A stretch of 27,732 nt of DNA, taken from contig JBBRLJ010000056.1 of NCBI GenBank assembly GCA_038231435.1, positions 1-27,732 on the forward strand. The letters run 5' to 3'. The notes under the pieces are model-generated. The model made no database searches, was not told the DNA's origin, and saw only the letters and a list, made by a program, of their open reading frames with translations. The position numbers and the translations under genes are program-made. Every line of letters starts with the position of its first letter. Position 1 is the stretch's first letter. Below are positions 7,835-17,345 of the stretch, one piece after another. This DNA is from Planctomycetota bacterium. Its GTDB lineage: Bacteria; Planctomycetota; UBA11346.

Positions 7835-8760
7835 CCATACCGCGCACCCCAGGCCCGCTGCGCTTACTCGCTGTGATCGTGGTCATGGCCGCCTGCGGTT
7901 TGGCGCGCTCTGCCGAACCGGTGATCGCCGAGAAGGACCTGCTGCCGAACGCCGATCTCAACCTTGAGATGCCGGCGCTCGGCGAGAGCAAGGTGAGCGT
8001 CGATACGCATCCCAAGAAGCCGATCATGGTGGCGATGCAGGCGCACCTGCCGTCGAACTACGACCGCAAGCGCGCCCACCCGGTGCTGTGCGTCTATCGC
8101 GGGTGGAACGGCAGCGGCTCGGCGTTTTCTGAATGGAACAAGGTCGTCGACGGGCAGAACTTCATCACCCTCACCGTCGACTATGGCGCGGCCGGGAACG
8201 ATCCCGATTTCCACAACATGCTCTACGCATTGAAGGTGCTCGAGAAGGCGACCGCGATAGATCGCACGTCGCTGGTGCTGGCCGCCGACGGCGGCGGCGC
8301 CTACATGGTCGCGAGCATGCTCGCCAACGATCGCGCCTTCTGCGCCTTCGCGCTGCTCAGCGGCGGAGACGCGTTCGACGGCCGCGCTCTCGCGGGGCGT
8401 CCGCTGCTGGTGATCGCCAATTCCGAGGACAACGGCACCGACCAGGGTCAGACGCTCACCCGTTACGAGCGCGAACTCGCGCTCTACGACGCGGCGCGCA
8501 AGGGCGGCGGCAGTGCCGAGCTGATCATCATGCAGCATTTCTGGGCCTGGCAGGATACCTACGGCGTGCGCATCCGGGATTGGCTGCACCAGGCGGTACC
8601 GAGTCCCGAGATCAGGCACGCCTATTGGATCGACCGCCTGGTGGCGACGAGCGACAACCAGGATCGGCAGCAATGGGCTTGGCAAAAGCTCGCCGATACC
8701 TGGGTCGAGCTGCCGCATTCTGCGGCTGCGCGCAAGCAGCTGAACGCTCCGCTCAAATAG
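7831..8760 (+). CDS. Secreted alpha/beta-hydrolase-fold protein (esterase-like) with atypical nucleophile elbow
   Basis: Signal peptide; HLPSNYD..HPVL, IDRTSLVLAADGGGA, LLVIANSED. ATGA overlap with the upstream gene's stop. Confidence 0.72.
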   Translation: MTIPRTPGPLRLLAVIVVMAACGLARSAEPVIAEKDLLPNADLNLEMPALGESKVSVDTHPKKPIMVAMQAHLPSNYDRKRAHPVLCVYRGWNGSGSAFSEWNKVVDGQNFITLTVDYGAAGNDPDFHNMLYALKVLEKATAIDRTSLVLAADGGGAYMVASMLANDRAFCAFALLSGGDAFDGRALAGRPLLVIANSEDNGTDQGQTLTRYERELALYDAARKGGGSAELIIMQHFWAWQDTYGVRIRDWLHQAVPSPEIRHAYWIDRLVATSDNQDRQQWAWQKLADTWVELPHSAAARKQLNAPLK

Positions 8761-8850
8761 CGCTCGCCGCTGAACGGCTGGGAGTTCGGGGAAGCGGTCG
8801 GCTACCGACGGTAGTCCACGGCAGATCGCCCGGTACGAAAACCGCGTCGT

Positions 8851-9465
8851 TCAGACACTCTTGCGGCGACCCGAAACCTTCGCCAGTTTGCGGCTGTCGC
8901 CAGGAGGGGCGTGCTCTTCGCGGGCGTAGGCGATGAAATCGGTGACCGGCACCTCGATGCCGGCGGCCTTGGCGAGCGTGGCGATCTGGCCGCGGTGATA
9001 GGTGCCGTGCAGCACCACGTGGCGCAGGATGTCCGAGAGCGCGTCGGCCTGCGGCTGGCCCTTGGTGTTGTGGAACGTCACCACGCGCTCAAGCTCGCCA
9101 TCGACCAGATCTTCGAGGAAGGTGCGCCAGCGCCGTTCGACGTCGACGAGCATCGCGCCAGCTTCCTCGATGGGGTAGATCGACCACAGCGCCAGGCGGT
9201 TGTAATCCTCGCCGATGACGCGGGCCAGCCACATCTGCTTGGTGACGACGAGATGGCTCCAGATGCTGAGCGTCTCGTGCACCGGGGTGAATGAGGTCAG
9301 GCATTCCTGCATGCGTCCGTTCGCCCACGCCTCGTACGCGAATTGGCGCGAGAGCTCGGCGCTGCGTACGCGCGCGGCATCGGTCTTCTTCTGTGCACTC
9401 GTCTGTGCGCTCCCAGGGGAAGGATGGGTTCCGTCGGACGCGTTGGATTTGTGACCGGTGGCCAT
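8851..9465 (-). CDS. DinB/YfiT family protein
   Basis: FAYEAWAN, WSHL..WLARV, LRHVVLHGTYHRGQI His motif. ATG 9465 follows GGAG. Confidence 0.88.
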   Translation of the reverse strand: MATGHKSNASDGTHPSPGSAQTSAQKKTDAARVRSAELSRQFAYEAWANGRMQECLTSFTPVHETLSIWSHLVVTKQMWLARVIGEDYNRLALWSIYPIEEAGAMLVDVERRWRTFLEDLVDGELERVVTFHNTKGQPQADALSDILRHVVLHGTYHRGQIATLAKAAGIEVPVTDFIAYAREEHAPPGDSRKLAKVSGRRKSV

Positions 9466-9603
9466 GGCGCTGCTCCGAGTGCACGGTACCCGCCCGCGGG
9501 CTCGGGTGGAAGTGGCTTCCGGTGGAAGCGGTGACGACGGAAGAGGTGGAGCTGACATGGGGCGACGGACTCCGTCCAAACGCCCTCCGAGGCGCCGTCG
9601 GAA

Positions 9604-10092
9604 TCAGACCAGGGTAGGCGTGCCGAGGGGAGTCGGGGTCGAGTTCGGATGGTCGTTCGCCGGCCGTCGCAGATAACCGGCGATGAACTCGACGAGCAGC
9701 AGGTAGTCGCCGAAGTAGATCGGCTTCACTGCGTAATGGACGGCGCCCAGGCGCAGCGACTCGTCGCGGTCGAGCCGGCGACTGGATCCGCTGAGCACCA
9801 CCGCGGGGATGCGCTTGGACTGCCGGCGCAGGTACTGCAGGACCGCGCGCCCGTCGAGGCGTGGCAGCCCGAGATCGATGATCGCGAGATGCGGGATGGG
9901 CGCGTCCGCGTATTCACCCTCACGGCCCAGGTAGCGCAGGGCGGCGACGCCGTCGGATACGCTGCGCAGCTGGATATCGGGAGCCGCGGTGCGGAAGGCC
10001 TCGCGCAGCAACTCGACATCGCCGGGTCCGTCGTCGACCACGAGCACGGTCTTGAGCGGTTGCTGCAACGTCGGAGTGGCGGGGTCGGTCAC
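9604..10092 (-). CDS. Single-domain response regulator receiver (Rcp1-like)
   Basis: VLVVDD, IIDLGLPRLDG (phospho-Asp), VVLSGS, YAVKP. GTG start at 10092 inferred from an upstream TATCAT box. Confidence 0.88.
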   Translation of the reverse strand: MTDPATPTLQQPLKTVLVVDDGPGDVELLREAFRTAAPDIQLRSVSDGVAALRYLGREGEYADAPIPHLAIIDLGLPRLDGRAVLQYLRRQSKRIPAVVLSGSSRRLDRDESLRLGAVHYAVKPIYFGDYLLLVEFIAGYLRRPANDHPNSTPTPLGTPTLV

Positions 10093-10098
10093 ACCGGA

Positions 10099-10104
10099 AT
10101 GATA
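10099..10104 (-). promoter_or_regulatory. Putative -10 box TATCAT 6 nt upstream of GTG 10092 (leaderless geometry)
   Basis: Minus strand reads TATCAT-tccggt-GTG. Confidence 0.5.
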
Positions 10105-10235
10105 CTGGCCGAGCTTGGACCCGAACCAGCTTCCAGGTCGGGCTTCGACAATGCTTCCAGGCATGGCGCTGGTGGGCGATCGTTTGTGATCGGCACGATC
10201 GGAGCCGATCGAAACCGATTGAAGGATTGGCCTCG

Positions 10236-12404
10236 CTAGTGGATGCGTTGGCCGGGTTTCGCCCCCGAATCCGGCGACAGCAGGAAGATCTCCTGTTCGC
10301 CGAGACCCGCCGCCAGCGCCATGCCCTCGGACACTCCGAAGGACATCTTGCGCGGCTCCAGGTTGGCGACGAAGACGATCAGGCGACCGACCAGCTGCTC
10401 GGGCTTGTAGGCGCTCTTGATGCCGGCGAAGACCGTGCGTTTCTCGCTGCCACCGAGGCCCAGTGTCAGCTTGATGATCTTCTTCGCCTTGGGCACGTCC
10501 TCGGCCGCGAGCACCTCGGCGACGCGCAGGTCGACCTTCGAGAAATGATCGAAATCGATGACCGGCGCCAACGGTTCCTCGAGCAGCGCGGCGGAGTCGC
10601 TCTCGGGTTGGACGTCCTCGAGGGGTACCGAGATCTCGACCTCGTCAGCGGGGACGGTCAGTGGCGTCGGGAAGCGCGCCGGCGATTTGGCTGCGGGCGG
10701 TGTCGCGGCTCCGGACTTGGCGACAGCGACCGCTGGCGGTGATCCCTTTGCTGGGGACGCTGGGGACGCTTGGGATTCCTTGCTGGAATCGATCATGGCG
10801 GTGACCTTTGCCGCATCGACGCGGTCGAGCATGCGGGTGAATTCAGCGACGCGATTGCCGACCACGACGGTCTCGGCGTCGCTCCAACGCGATATCGGCG
10901 CGTCGAGCAATCGGCCTGCCTGTTCGGCGAGGCGCGGCAGCACCGGCGCGAGGAACACCGCGAGTTGGCGGAAACAGTTGAGTGACACCGTGCAGACCTC
11001 GGCCAGCCGGGCGCCCTTCGCGGGGTCCTTCTTCAGCGCCCACGGCGCGGCCTGCTCGACATAGGCGTTCGCGTTGTCTGCCAGCGCCATGATTCGGCGC
11101 ATCGCCTGGTTGAAATCGCCCTCTTCATAGGCCTGGGCGATCGCGGGCGCTTCGGCGGCCCCGGCGGCGAACAGGCCGCCGTCGTCCGGATAGACAGCGG
11201 ACAGAGCGGTGATGAAGCGCGCGGTGCGGCTGGCGAGATTCACCACCTTGCCGACCAGATCGCTGTTCACCTTGTCGACGAACTCGCCGAGATTGAGGTC
11301 GAGATCCTCGGCTTTCGCGGTCAGCTTCGAGGCGTAGTAATAGCGCAGGTACGCGGGATCGAGATGATCTGCATAGGCACGCGCGCGCACGAAGGTGCCC
11401 TTGCTCTTCGACATCTTCTCGCCGGCAACGGTGAGGAAGCCGTGGATGTGCACCTGCTTGGGCAGGGCGTATCCGGCGCTCTTCAACAGCGCCGGCCAGA
11501 ACAACGTGTGGAAATACGCGATGTCCTTGCCGATGAAGTGGTGGATCTCGCAGGACGGATCCTTCCACCAGCGCGAGGAGTCGCCACCAATGGCCGCGCA
11601 CCAGTCCTCGGTCGCGGCGATATAGCCGATCGGCGCGTCGAGCCAGACGTAGAAGTAGTTGCCCGGCGCGTCGGGGATCTCGAAGCCGAAGTACGGCGCT
11701 GGCCGGCTCACGTCCCAATCGCGCAGCTCGTCGCTCAGGAAGGTGTTCTTCAGCCACTTCGCCATGTCCGGGTGGAGCGCGCCGGACTGCGTCCACTGGT
11801 TGAGGAAGCCATGGAACGGCTCGAGATGCACGAAGTAGTGGCGCGCGGTGCGCAGCTCTGGTTTCGCCCCCGAGAGCGTGCTCACCGGATCGATGAGGTC
11901 CGTCGGGCTGTAGGCGGTACCGCACTTCTCGCAGCTGTCGCCGTACTGGTCGGGCGAGCGGCAGGCGGGGTTCGGGCAGGTGCCCTTGACGAAGCGATCG
12001 GCGAGGAAGGTTCCCGCCTTCGGATCGAACAACTGGGTGACGTCGCGCTCGACGACCTTGCCGTCGGCGCGCAGAGCCGCCCAGAAGGCGTTCACCAGCT
12101 TCTGGTTCGAGGCGCTGTCCGTCGAGCCGTAATGGTCGAAGCGGATATCGAAAGCTGCGAAGTCGTCCTGGTGGGCCTTCGCCATGTCGCGGATGATGTC
12201 CTGCTCGCTACGCCCTTCCTGGCGGGCGCGGATCATGGTGGCGGTGCCGTGGGTGTCGTCGGCGCAGATGTAGACGCACTCATTCCCCGCCAGGCGCTGG
12301 TAGCGCACCCAGATGTCGGTCTGCAGGTACTCGACGAGATGCCCTATGTGGATGTGGCCATTCACGTAGGGCAGGGCAGAGGTGACGAGCAGCCGACGGG
12401 CCAT
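10236..12404 (-). CDS. metG: Methionine--tRNA ligase with C-terminal tRNA-binding (Trbp111-like) domain
   Basis: [15 protein letters not shown], Zn knuckle, [34 protein letters not shown]. Confidence 0.98.
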   Translation of the reverse strand: MARRLLVTSALPYVNGHIHIGHLVEYLQTDIWVRYQRLAGNECVYICADDTHGTATMIRARQEGRSEQDIIRDMAKAHQDDFAAFDIRFDHYGSTDSASNQKLVNAFWAALRADGKVVERDVTQLFDPKAGTFLADRFVKGTCPNPACRSPDQYGDSCEKCGTAYSPTDLIDPVSTLSGAKPELRTARHYFVHLEPFHGFLNQWTQSGALHPDMAKWLKNTFLSDELRDWDVSRPAPYFGFEIPDAPGNYFYVWLDAPIGYIAATEDWCAAIGGDSSRWWKDPSCEIHHFIGKDIAYFHTLFWPALLKSAGYALPKQVHIHGFLTVAGEKMSKSKGTFVRARAYADHLDPAYLRYYYASKLTAKAEDLDLNLGEFVDKVNSDLVGKVVNLASRTARFITALSAVYPDDGGLFAAGAAEAPAIAQAYEEGDFNQAMRRIMALADNANAYVEQAAPWALKKDPAKGARLAEVCTVSLNCFRQLAVFLAPVLPRLAEQAGRLLDAPISRWSDAETVVVGNRVAEFTRMLDRVDAAKVTAMIDSSKESQASPASPAKGSPPAVAVAKSGAATPPAAKSPARFPTPLTVPADEVEISVPLEDVQPESDSAALLEEPLAPVIDFDHFSKVDLRVAEVLAAEDVPKAKKIIKLTLGLGGSEKRTVFAGIKSAYKPEQLVGRLIVFVANLEPRKMSFGVSEGMALAAGLGEQEIFLLSPDSGAKPGQRIH

Positions 12405-12476
12405 GGGAGGGGCCGACGGTGGGGAGGGGGGTCTGCGGTGCAAGTGCCGGGCCCACAGACATGATCAGCGGGATTC

Positions 12477-12704
12477 TCAGGGCCGGGCTGCCGCTTCGGC
12501 ATCCGCGGCTGGACTCGCGGGTGCCATGCTGCCGTCGTTGCCTCCATCGACGGAGCGATACTGCAAGAGGGCATCTGTCGCACGGGACTCATTTTTTGTC
12601 ACATGAGCCACATGCCAGACGTAACCACCTATAATAGCTGCGGTTAAGCTAAGGGCTAATGGCAGCGAGGCTGCGGCTGCATGGCGGGTGGGGGTAGTGG
12701 GCAT
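12477..12704 (-). CDS. Small (75 aa) putative single-TM hypothetical protein
   Basis: Strong SD AGGAGGAG before ATG 12704; hydrophobic LPLALSLTAAIIGGYVW. Codon usage is atypical. Confidence 0.45.
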   Translation of the reverse strand: MPTTPTRHAAAASLPLALSLTAAIIGGYVWHVAHVTKNESRATDALLQYRSVDGGNDGSMAPASPAADAEAAARP

Positions 12705-13093
12705 GGGCTCCTCCTGGGCGATCGATGGGCTGCGCCGGACCAGGCCCATTATCCCCACCACCGCTGGGAATTGCGCTGCTGGCTAGGCAAACCTTCGGCA
12801 GGGAGCTGGTTAGGGCACTCCCGCATCGGCGTTTCATCGCCGTTTCTTACCACCGTTGCCACAGGCCTTTAAATCCGGACCAACGATGGGTGCGAGGATC
12901 GACATTTATCTTGCGCCATGGGCGAATGCTGTACCCTTCGCCCCTCCACCCACGTACGGGTCTTTCGGATCCGGACCTCTGGGGGCCGCAGCACGGGCAC
13001 AAGCCCGCCCGCGCTGTGAGGTTGCATCCCGCGCGCCCCTCAAGGGTGTAGCGGTAGCAGAGCGACCAGGTCACTCGGGCCCACAGCAGCCAA

Positions 13094-13128
13094 CGTTTCG
13101 CGTGCGCGGACTCCGCGCGCTCGAGACG
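13094..13128 (+). promoter_or_regulatory. Long stem-loop in the putative S10-operon leader
   Basis: CGTTTCG-c-GTGCGCGG-act-CCGCGCGC-t-CGAGACG forms 15 pairs including two G-U. Confidence 0.45.
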
Positions 13129-13187
13129 AAAAAGGCTGACACGGCGCACCCCGCTCACGCGGGGACAGGCGTCGCGGGAGAGAGAGC

Positions 13188-13502
13188 ATGAAAGAGAAGA
13201 TCAAGATCCGCCTCGAGGCGTACGATCACCGTATCCTCGACAAGGCAGCGCAAGACATCGTCGACACGGCGAAGCGCACGGGCGCTAAGGTCGCCGGCCC
13301 CGTGCCGATGCCGACCAAGATCGAGCGTTTCACGGTGCAGCGCTCGCCGCACATCGACAAGAAATCGCGTGAGCAGTTCGAGCTCCGCACCCACGCCCGC
13401 ATCATCGAGATCCTCGAGCCCACCGCGAAGACCAACGACGTCTTCTCGAAGGTCGATGTTCCAGCCGGCGTCGACATCACCATCAAGCAGACGGTGAGGT
13501 AA
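13188..13502 (+). CDS. rpsJ: 30S ribosomal protein S10
   Basis: [23 protein letters not shown]. Confidence 0.99.
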   Translation: MKEKIKIRLEAYDHRILDKAAQDIVDTAKRTGAKVAGPVPMPTKIERFTVQRSPHIDKKSREQFELRTHARIIEILEPTAKTNDVFSKVDVPAGVDITIKQTVR

Positions 13503-13505
13503 GCC

Positions 13506-14177
13506 ATGGCAACCCACGTCGCTCCGCTGCGCGCGTCTTCATCGGCGATGAACACCCAGCACAAGATCCTCTACGGCACCAAGGTCGGCATGACCCGCGT
13601 GTTCGACGGCGACATCGTCGTCCCGGTCACCGTCATCCAGGTGCTCCCGAACGAGGTCGTCGAGATCAAGACCACCGAGAAGCACGGCCATGCCGCGCTC
13701 AAGGTCGCGGTCGGCGAGAAGCGGCGCAAGCCGACCAAGCCGCTCGCGGGCGAATTCAAGAAGGCCGACGTGGCGCCCCGCCGCTTCATGCGCGAGGTCC
13801 CCGTGGTCTCGGCCGGAGCCGAGGCCAAGGTCGGCGCGAAGATCACCGTTTCCGCGCTCGATACCGCCAAGCTCGTCGACATCATCGGCATCATCAAGGG
13901 CCGTGGCTTCGCGGGCGTGATGAAGCGCCACAACTTCAAGGGTCACAAGATGACCCACGGCTCGATGTCGCATCGCGGTCCGGGCTCGATCGGCTGCCGC
14001 ATGGATCCGGGCCGCGTTTTCCCGGGCATGCGCATGGCGGGCCACTGGGGCAACGAGCAGGTCACGATCAAGAACCTCAAGATCGTCTCGATCGATGCCG
14101 ACCAGCACCTGGTCGTCATCAAGGGCGCGATTCCCGGTCCCAACGGCGGCCTCGTCGCCATCAAGCAGGCGGGCTGA
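13506..14177 (+). CDS. rplC: 50S ribosomal protein L3
   Basis: KVGMTRVF, PVTVI, KGRGFAGVMKRHNF, THGS. Alternative start 13548. Confidence 0.98.
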   Translation: MATHVAPLRASSSAMNTQHKILYGTKVGMTRVFDGDIVVPVTVIQVLPNEVVEIKTTEKHGHAALKVAVGEKRRKPTKPLAGEFKKADVAPRRFMREVPVVSAGAEAKVGAKITVSALDTAKLVDIIGIIKGRGFAGVMKRHNFKGHKMTHGSMSHRGPGSIGCRMDPGRVFPGMRMAGHWGNEQVTIKNLKIVSIDADQHLVVIKGAIPGPNGGLVAIKQAG

Positions 14178-14208
14178 GGTCATGACTTCCACAGCAAAGA
14201 AGGCAGCC

Positions 14209-14841
14209 ATGGCCAAGATCACTGTCTATAACGCCAAGGGCGCGAAGACCGGCGAAATCGAACTCGATCCGGCCAAGCTCGACAAGACCGTCCGCAAGGG
14301 ACTGCTGAAGGAGGCGCTCATCGCTTTCCTCGCCAGCCAGCGCCAGGGCACGCACAAGACCAAGGACCGCGGCGAAGTCGCCGGCGGCGGCAAGAAGCCG
14401 TGGGCCCAGAAGGGCACCGGCCGCGCCCGCCAGGGTTCGACCCGCTCCCCGCAGTGGGTCGGCGGTGGACGCGCCCATGGTCCGATCCCGCGCGACTACG
14501 CCTACCAGCTCCCCGACAGCAGCCGCCGCGCCGCGCTGATGTCGTCGATGCGCTGGCAGCTCGAGCAGGGCAAGATCTTCGCGGTCGAGGGTTTCGATGA
14601 CGTCAAGAAGCCCCAGACCAAGGTGGTCGCCGGCTTCCTGGCCAAGATCGGCCTCGGCGGCAAGGGCACCCTGCTGGTGAGCGAAAACAACCAGCCGAAC
14701 CTGTGGCTGTCGACGCGCAACCTCGCCAAGGTCACCGTCGCCGAGCGCCGCAACCTCAGCGCCGGCTCGGTGCTCAAGCACGCCAACATCATCTTCACCA
14801 AGGGCGCGCTCGACGCCCTCGTCAAATCGCTGGAAGGGTGA
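14209..14841 (+). CDS. rplD: 50S ribosomal protein L4
   Basis: RQGTHKTK, KPWAQKGTGRARQGS. Alternative start 14182. Confidence 0.98.
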   Translation: MAKITVYNAKGAKTGEIELDPAKLDKTVRKGLLKEALIAFLASQRQGTHKTKDRGEVAGGGKKPWAQKGTGRARQGSTRSPQWVGGGRAHGPIPRDYAYQLPDSSRRAALMSSMRWQLEQGKIFAVEGFDDVKKPQTKVVAGFLAKIGLGGKGTLLVSENNQPNLWLSTRNLAKVTVAERRNLSAGSVLKHANIIFTKGALDALVKSLEG

Positions 14842-14851
14842 AGGATCTCGC

Positions 14852-15133
14852 ATGAATCCCTACGAAATCGTCAAGCGTCCGCTCGTGACCGAGAAGTCGG
14901 TGCATCTGCAGAACAAGATCGGGTCCTACACTTTCGAAGTGCACCCGAACGCCAACAAGACCCAGATCAAGGAGGCCGTCGAGGCGCTCTTCAAGGTCAA
15001 GGTGGTCGCCGTCAACACCATGAACTGCCGCGGCAAGCCGCGCCGCATGCGCACCAAGCTGCCCGGCATGACCGCCGCCTGGAAGAAGGCCGTCATCCGT
15101 TTGGTCGAAGGCCAGAAGATCGAGGGAGTCTGA
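14852..15133 (+). CDS. rplW: 50S ribosomal protein L23
   Basis: PLVTEKS, ANKTQIKEAVE, WKKAVI. Confidence 0.98.
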   Translation: MNPYEIVKRPLVTEKSVHLQNKIGSYTFEVHPNANKTQIKEAVEALFKVKVVAVNTMNCRGKPRRMRTKLPGMTAAWKKAVIRLVEGQKIEGV

Positions 15134-15134
15134 C

Positions 15135-15983
15135 ATGGGTTTCCGCTCACTGAGCAATTCATCCGCTGGCGCGCGCCACGCGACCATCCCCGACTTTGCC
15201 GAGATCACCAAGGGCAAGCCAGAGAAGTCGTTGTGCGTGCGTCTCAAGTACCACGCCGGGCGCAACAACCAGGGCCGCATCACCGTCCGCCACAAGGGTG
15301 GCCGCCACGATCGCCAATACCGCCTGGTCGACTTCAAGCGCTCGCGCTTGGACATCCAGGGCACCATCTCGGCGATCGAATACGATCCGAACCGCAACTG
15401 CCGCATCGCGCTGGTCCAGTACACCGACGGCTCCAAGGGCTACATCCTCGCGGCCAAGGGCCTCGGGGTCGGCTCGAAGGTGCAGAGCTACAGCGCCCAG
15501 GGCGAGCCGAACGTCGGCAACGCCATGCCGCTGCGCTGGATTCCGCAGGGCATCGAAGTCCACAACGTCGAGCTGCAGCCCGGCAAGGGCGGTCAGCTCG
15601 CGCGCTCGGCCGGCGCGATCGCGCGCCTGATGGCCGTCGACGGCGACTACGCCATCCTCTCGATGCCCTCGGGCGAACTGCGCCGCGTCCACGCGGACTG
15701 CCGCGCGACCATCGGCGAGGTCGGCAACGGCGAAGCCAACATCCGCTCGATCGGCAAGGCCGGCCGCAATCGCTGGCTGGGCATCCGCCCGACGGTGCGG
15801 GGCAACGCCATGAATCCGGTCGCGCATCCGCTGGGTGGTGGTGAAGGCCACACCAACGGCGGTCGTCAGCACTGCTCGCCGTGGGGCCTGGTCGACGGTC
15901 TCAAGACGCGCAAGCGCAAGAACCGGAACAACGTCTTCATCATCCGCCGCCGCGACGGCAAGACCTTCAACAAGCAGAAATAA
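15135..15983 (+). CDS. rplB: 50S ribosomal protein L2
   Basis: [33 protein letters not shown]. Confidence 0.99.
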   Translation: MGFRSLSNSSAGARHATIPDFAEITKGKPEKSLCVRLKYHAGRNNQGRITVRHKGGRHDRQYRLVDFKRSRLDIQGTISAIEYDPNRNCRIALVQYTDGSKGYILAAKGLGVGSKVQSYSAQGEPNVGNAMPLRWIPQGIEVHNVELQPGKGGQLARSAGAIARLMAVDGDYAILSMPSGELRRVHADCRATIGEVGNGEANIRSIGKAGRNRWLGIRPTVRGNAMNPVAHPLGGGEGHTNGGRQHCSPWGLVDGLKTRKRKNRNNVFIIRRRDGKTFNKQK

Positions 15984-15985
15984 CC

Positions 15986-16279
15986 ATGAGCCGTTCCTCT
16001 CGCAAGGGTCCGTACCTCGATCTGAAGCTGCTTGCCAAGATCGAGAAGCAGAAGCAGTCCGGAGCCCGCCAGCCCATCAAGACCTGGGCCCGCGCCTGCA
16101 CCGTGGTGCCCGATTTCATCGGCCACACCTTCTCGGTGCACAATGGCAAGACCTTCAATCAGGTGTTCATCACCGACAACATGGTCGGGCACAAGCTCGG
16201 CGAGTTCGCAGTCACGCGCACCTTCCGCGGCCACGGCGGCGAGAAGAAGGTCAAGGAAGGAGCGGCTCCCGCACCATGA
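15986..16279 (+). CDS. rpsS: 30S ribosomal protein S19
   Basis: [24 protein letters not shown]. Confidence 0.99.
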   Translation: MSRSSRKGPYLDLKLLAKIEKQKQSGARQPIKTWARACTVVPDFIGHTFSVHNGKTFNQVFITDNMVGHKLGEFAVTRTFRGHGGEKKVKEGAAPAP

Positions 16280-16620
16280 ACGATGCCAACAGATTCAAGG
16301 CGATCACGCGCAACGCGCGCATCAGCCCCCGCAAGGCGCGCCTCAGCGTGGGCCTCATCCGCGGTAAGCGCGTCGAGGACGCGCTCAACATGCTCTCCTT
16401 CCAGGCGCGCCGCGGCAGCGTGATGGTCAAGAAGACCCTCGAGAGCGCGGTGGCCAATGCCGCGAGCGTCGGCGGCGTCGATCCGATGGATCTGACGATC
16501 GTGGACGCCCGCGTCGACAGCGGCTTTACCATCAAGCGCTTCCGTCCGGCCGCCAAGGGTCGCGCGGCGAGCAGGTACAAGCGCTGCAGCCACATCACCA
16601 TCGCCGTAGCCAAGATCTAG
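16276..16620 (+). CDS. rplV: 50S ribosomal protein L22
   Basis: [30 protein letters not shown] overlap with rpsS. Confidence 0.98.
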   Translation: MNDANRFKAITRNARISPRKARLSVGLIRGKRVEDALNMLSFQARRGSVMVKKTLESAVANAASVGGVDPMDLTIVDARVDSGFTIKRFRPAAKGRAASRYKRCSHITIAVAKI

Positions 16621-16627
16621 GACACTT

Positions 16628-17296
16628 ATGGGCCACAAGATCAATCCCCTCGGCTTCCGCATCGGCATCACCGAGCCTCACCGCTCGACCTGGTACGCGA
16701 AGGGCAAGCGCTACTCGCAGCTGGTCATGCAGGACCACAAGATCCGTGAGTACCTCAAGGAGCGCTTCGCTGCGGCCGCGGTCGAGAAGATCCAGGTCGA
16801 GCGCAAGGCCGACCGCGTGGTCATCACCCTGCATGCCGGCCGTCCCGGCGTGATCATCGGCAAGCGTGGCGCCGAGATCGATTCGCTGACCAAGATCCTC
16901 GAGGGCATCACCCAGACCGGCGTCAAGGTCAACATCCAGGAAGTGCGCAAGCCGGACATCGCGGCGCAGCTGGTCGCCGAGAACGTCGCCGAGCAGCTGG
17001 TGCGGCGTGGTTCCTTCCGCCGCGCCATGAAGCGCGCGGTCGAGAACGCCATGCGCGAAGGCGCCAAGGGCTGCAACGTCAAGATCAGCGGGCGCCTCGG
17101 CGGCGCCGAGATCGCGCGCGTCGAGCACGACATGCAGGGCAGCGTGCCGCTCAACAGCCTCAACACCAAGATCGACTACGGCTACGCCCTCGCCAAGACC
17201 ACCTATGGCGTCATCGGCGTGCGCGTGTGGGTCAACCATGGCAAGTACATCGACATCCAGGAAGCCGCCGACGCCCGGGCCTCGAACGAGCGCTGA
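16628..17296 (+). CDS. rpsC: 30S ribosomal protein S3
   Basis: MGHKINPLGFRIG, RPGVIIGKRG, GRLGGAEIAR. Confidence 0.99.
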   Translation: MGHKINPLGFRIGITEPHRSTWYAKGKRYSQLVMQDHKIREYLKERFAAAAVEKIQVERKADRVVITLHAGRPGVIIGKRGAEIDSLTKILEGITQTGVKVNIQEVRKPDIAAQLVAENVAEQLVRRGSFRRAMKRAVENAMREGAKGCNVKISGRLGGAEIARVEHDMQGSVPLNSLNTKIDYGYALAKTTYGVIGVRVWVNHGKYIDIQEAADARASNER

Positions 17297-17345
17297 GCCG
17301 ACGATCTCCAGAACAAGCTATCCGAACGAGCCATAAGAGAACCCC

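Noticed and set aside
12405..12476. T-box or SAM riboswitch for metG
   Set aside because: Too short, with no T-box or S-box consensus visible.
12911..12937. Sigma70 promoter TTGCGC..TACCCT for the S10 operon
   Set aside because: The spacer is only 15 nt; possible but not supportable.
13040..13095. tRNA-like start GGGTGTAGCGGTAG
   Set aside because: No TTCRA T-loop, acceptor stem or cloverleaf.
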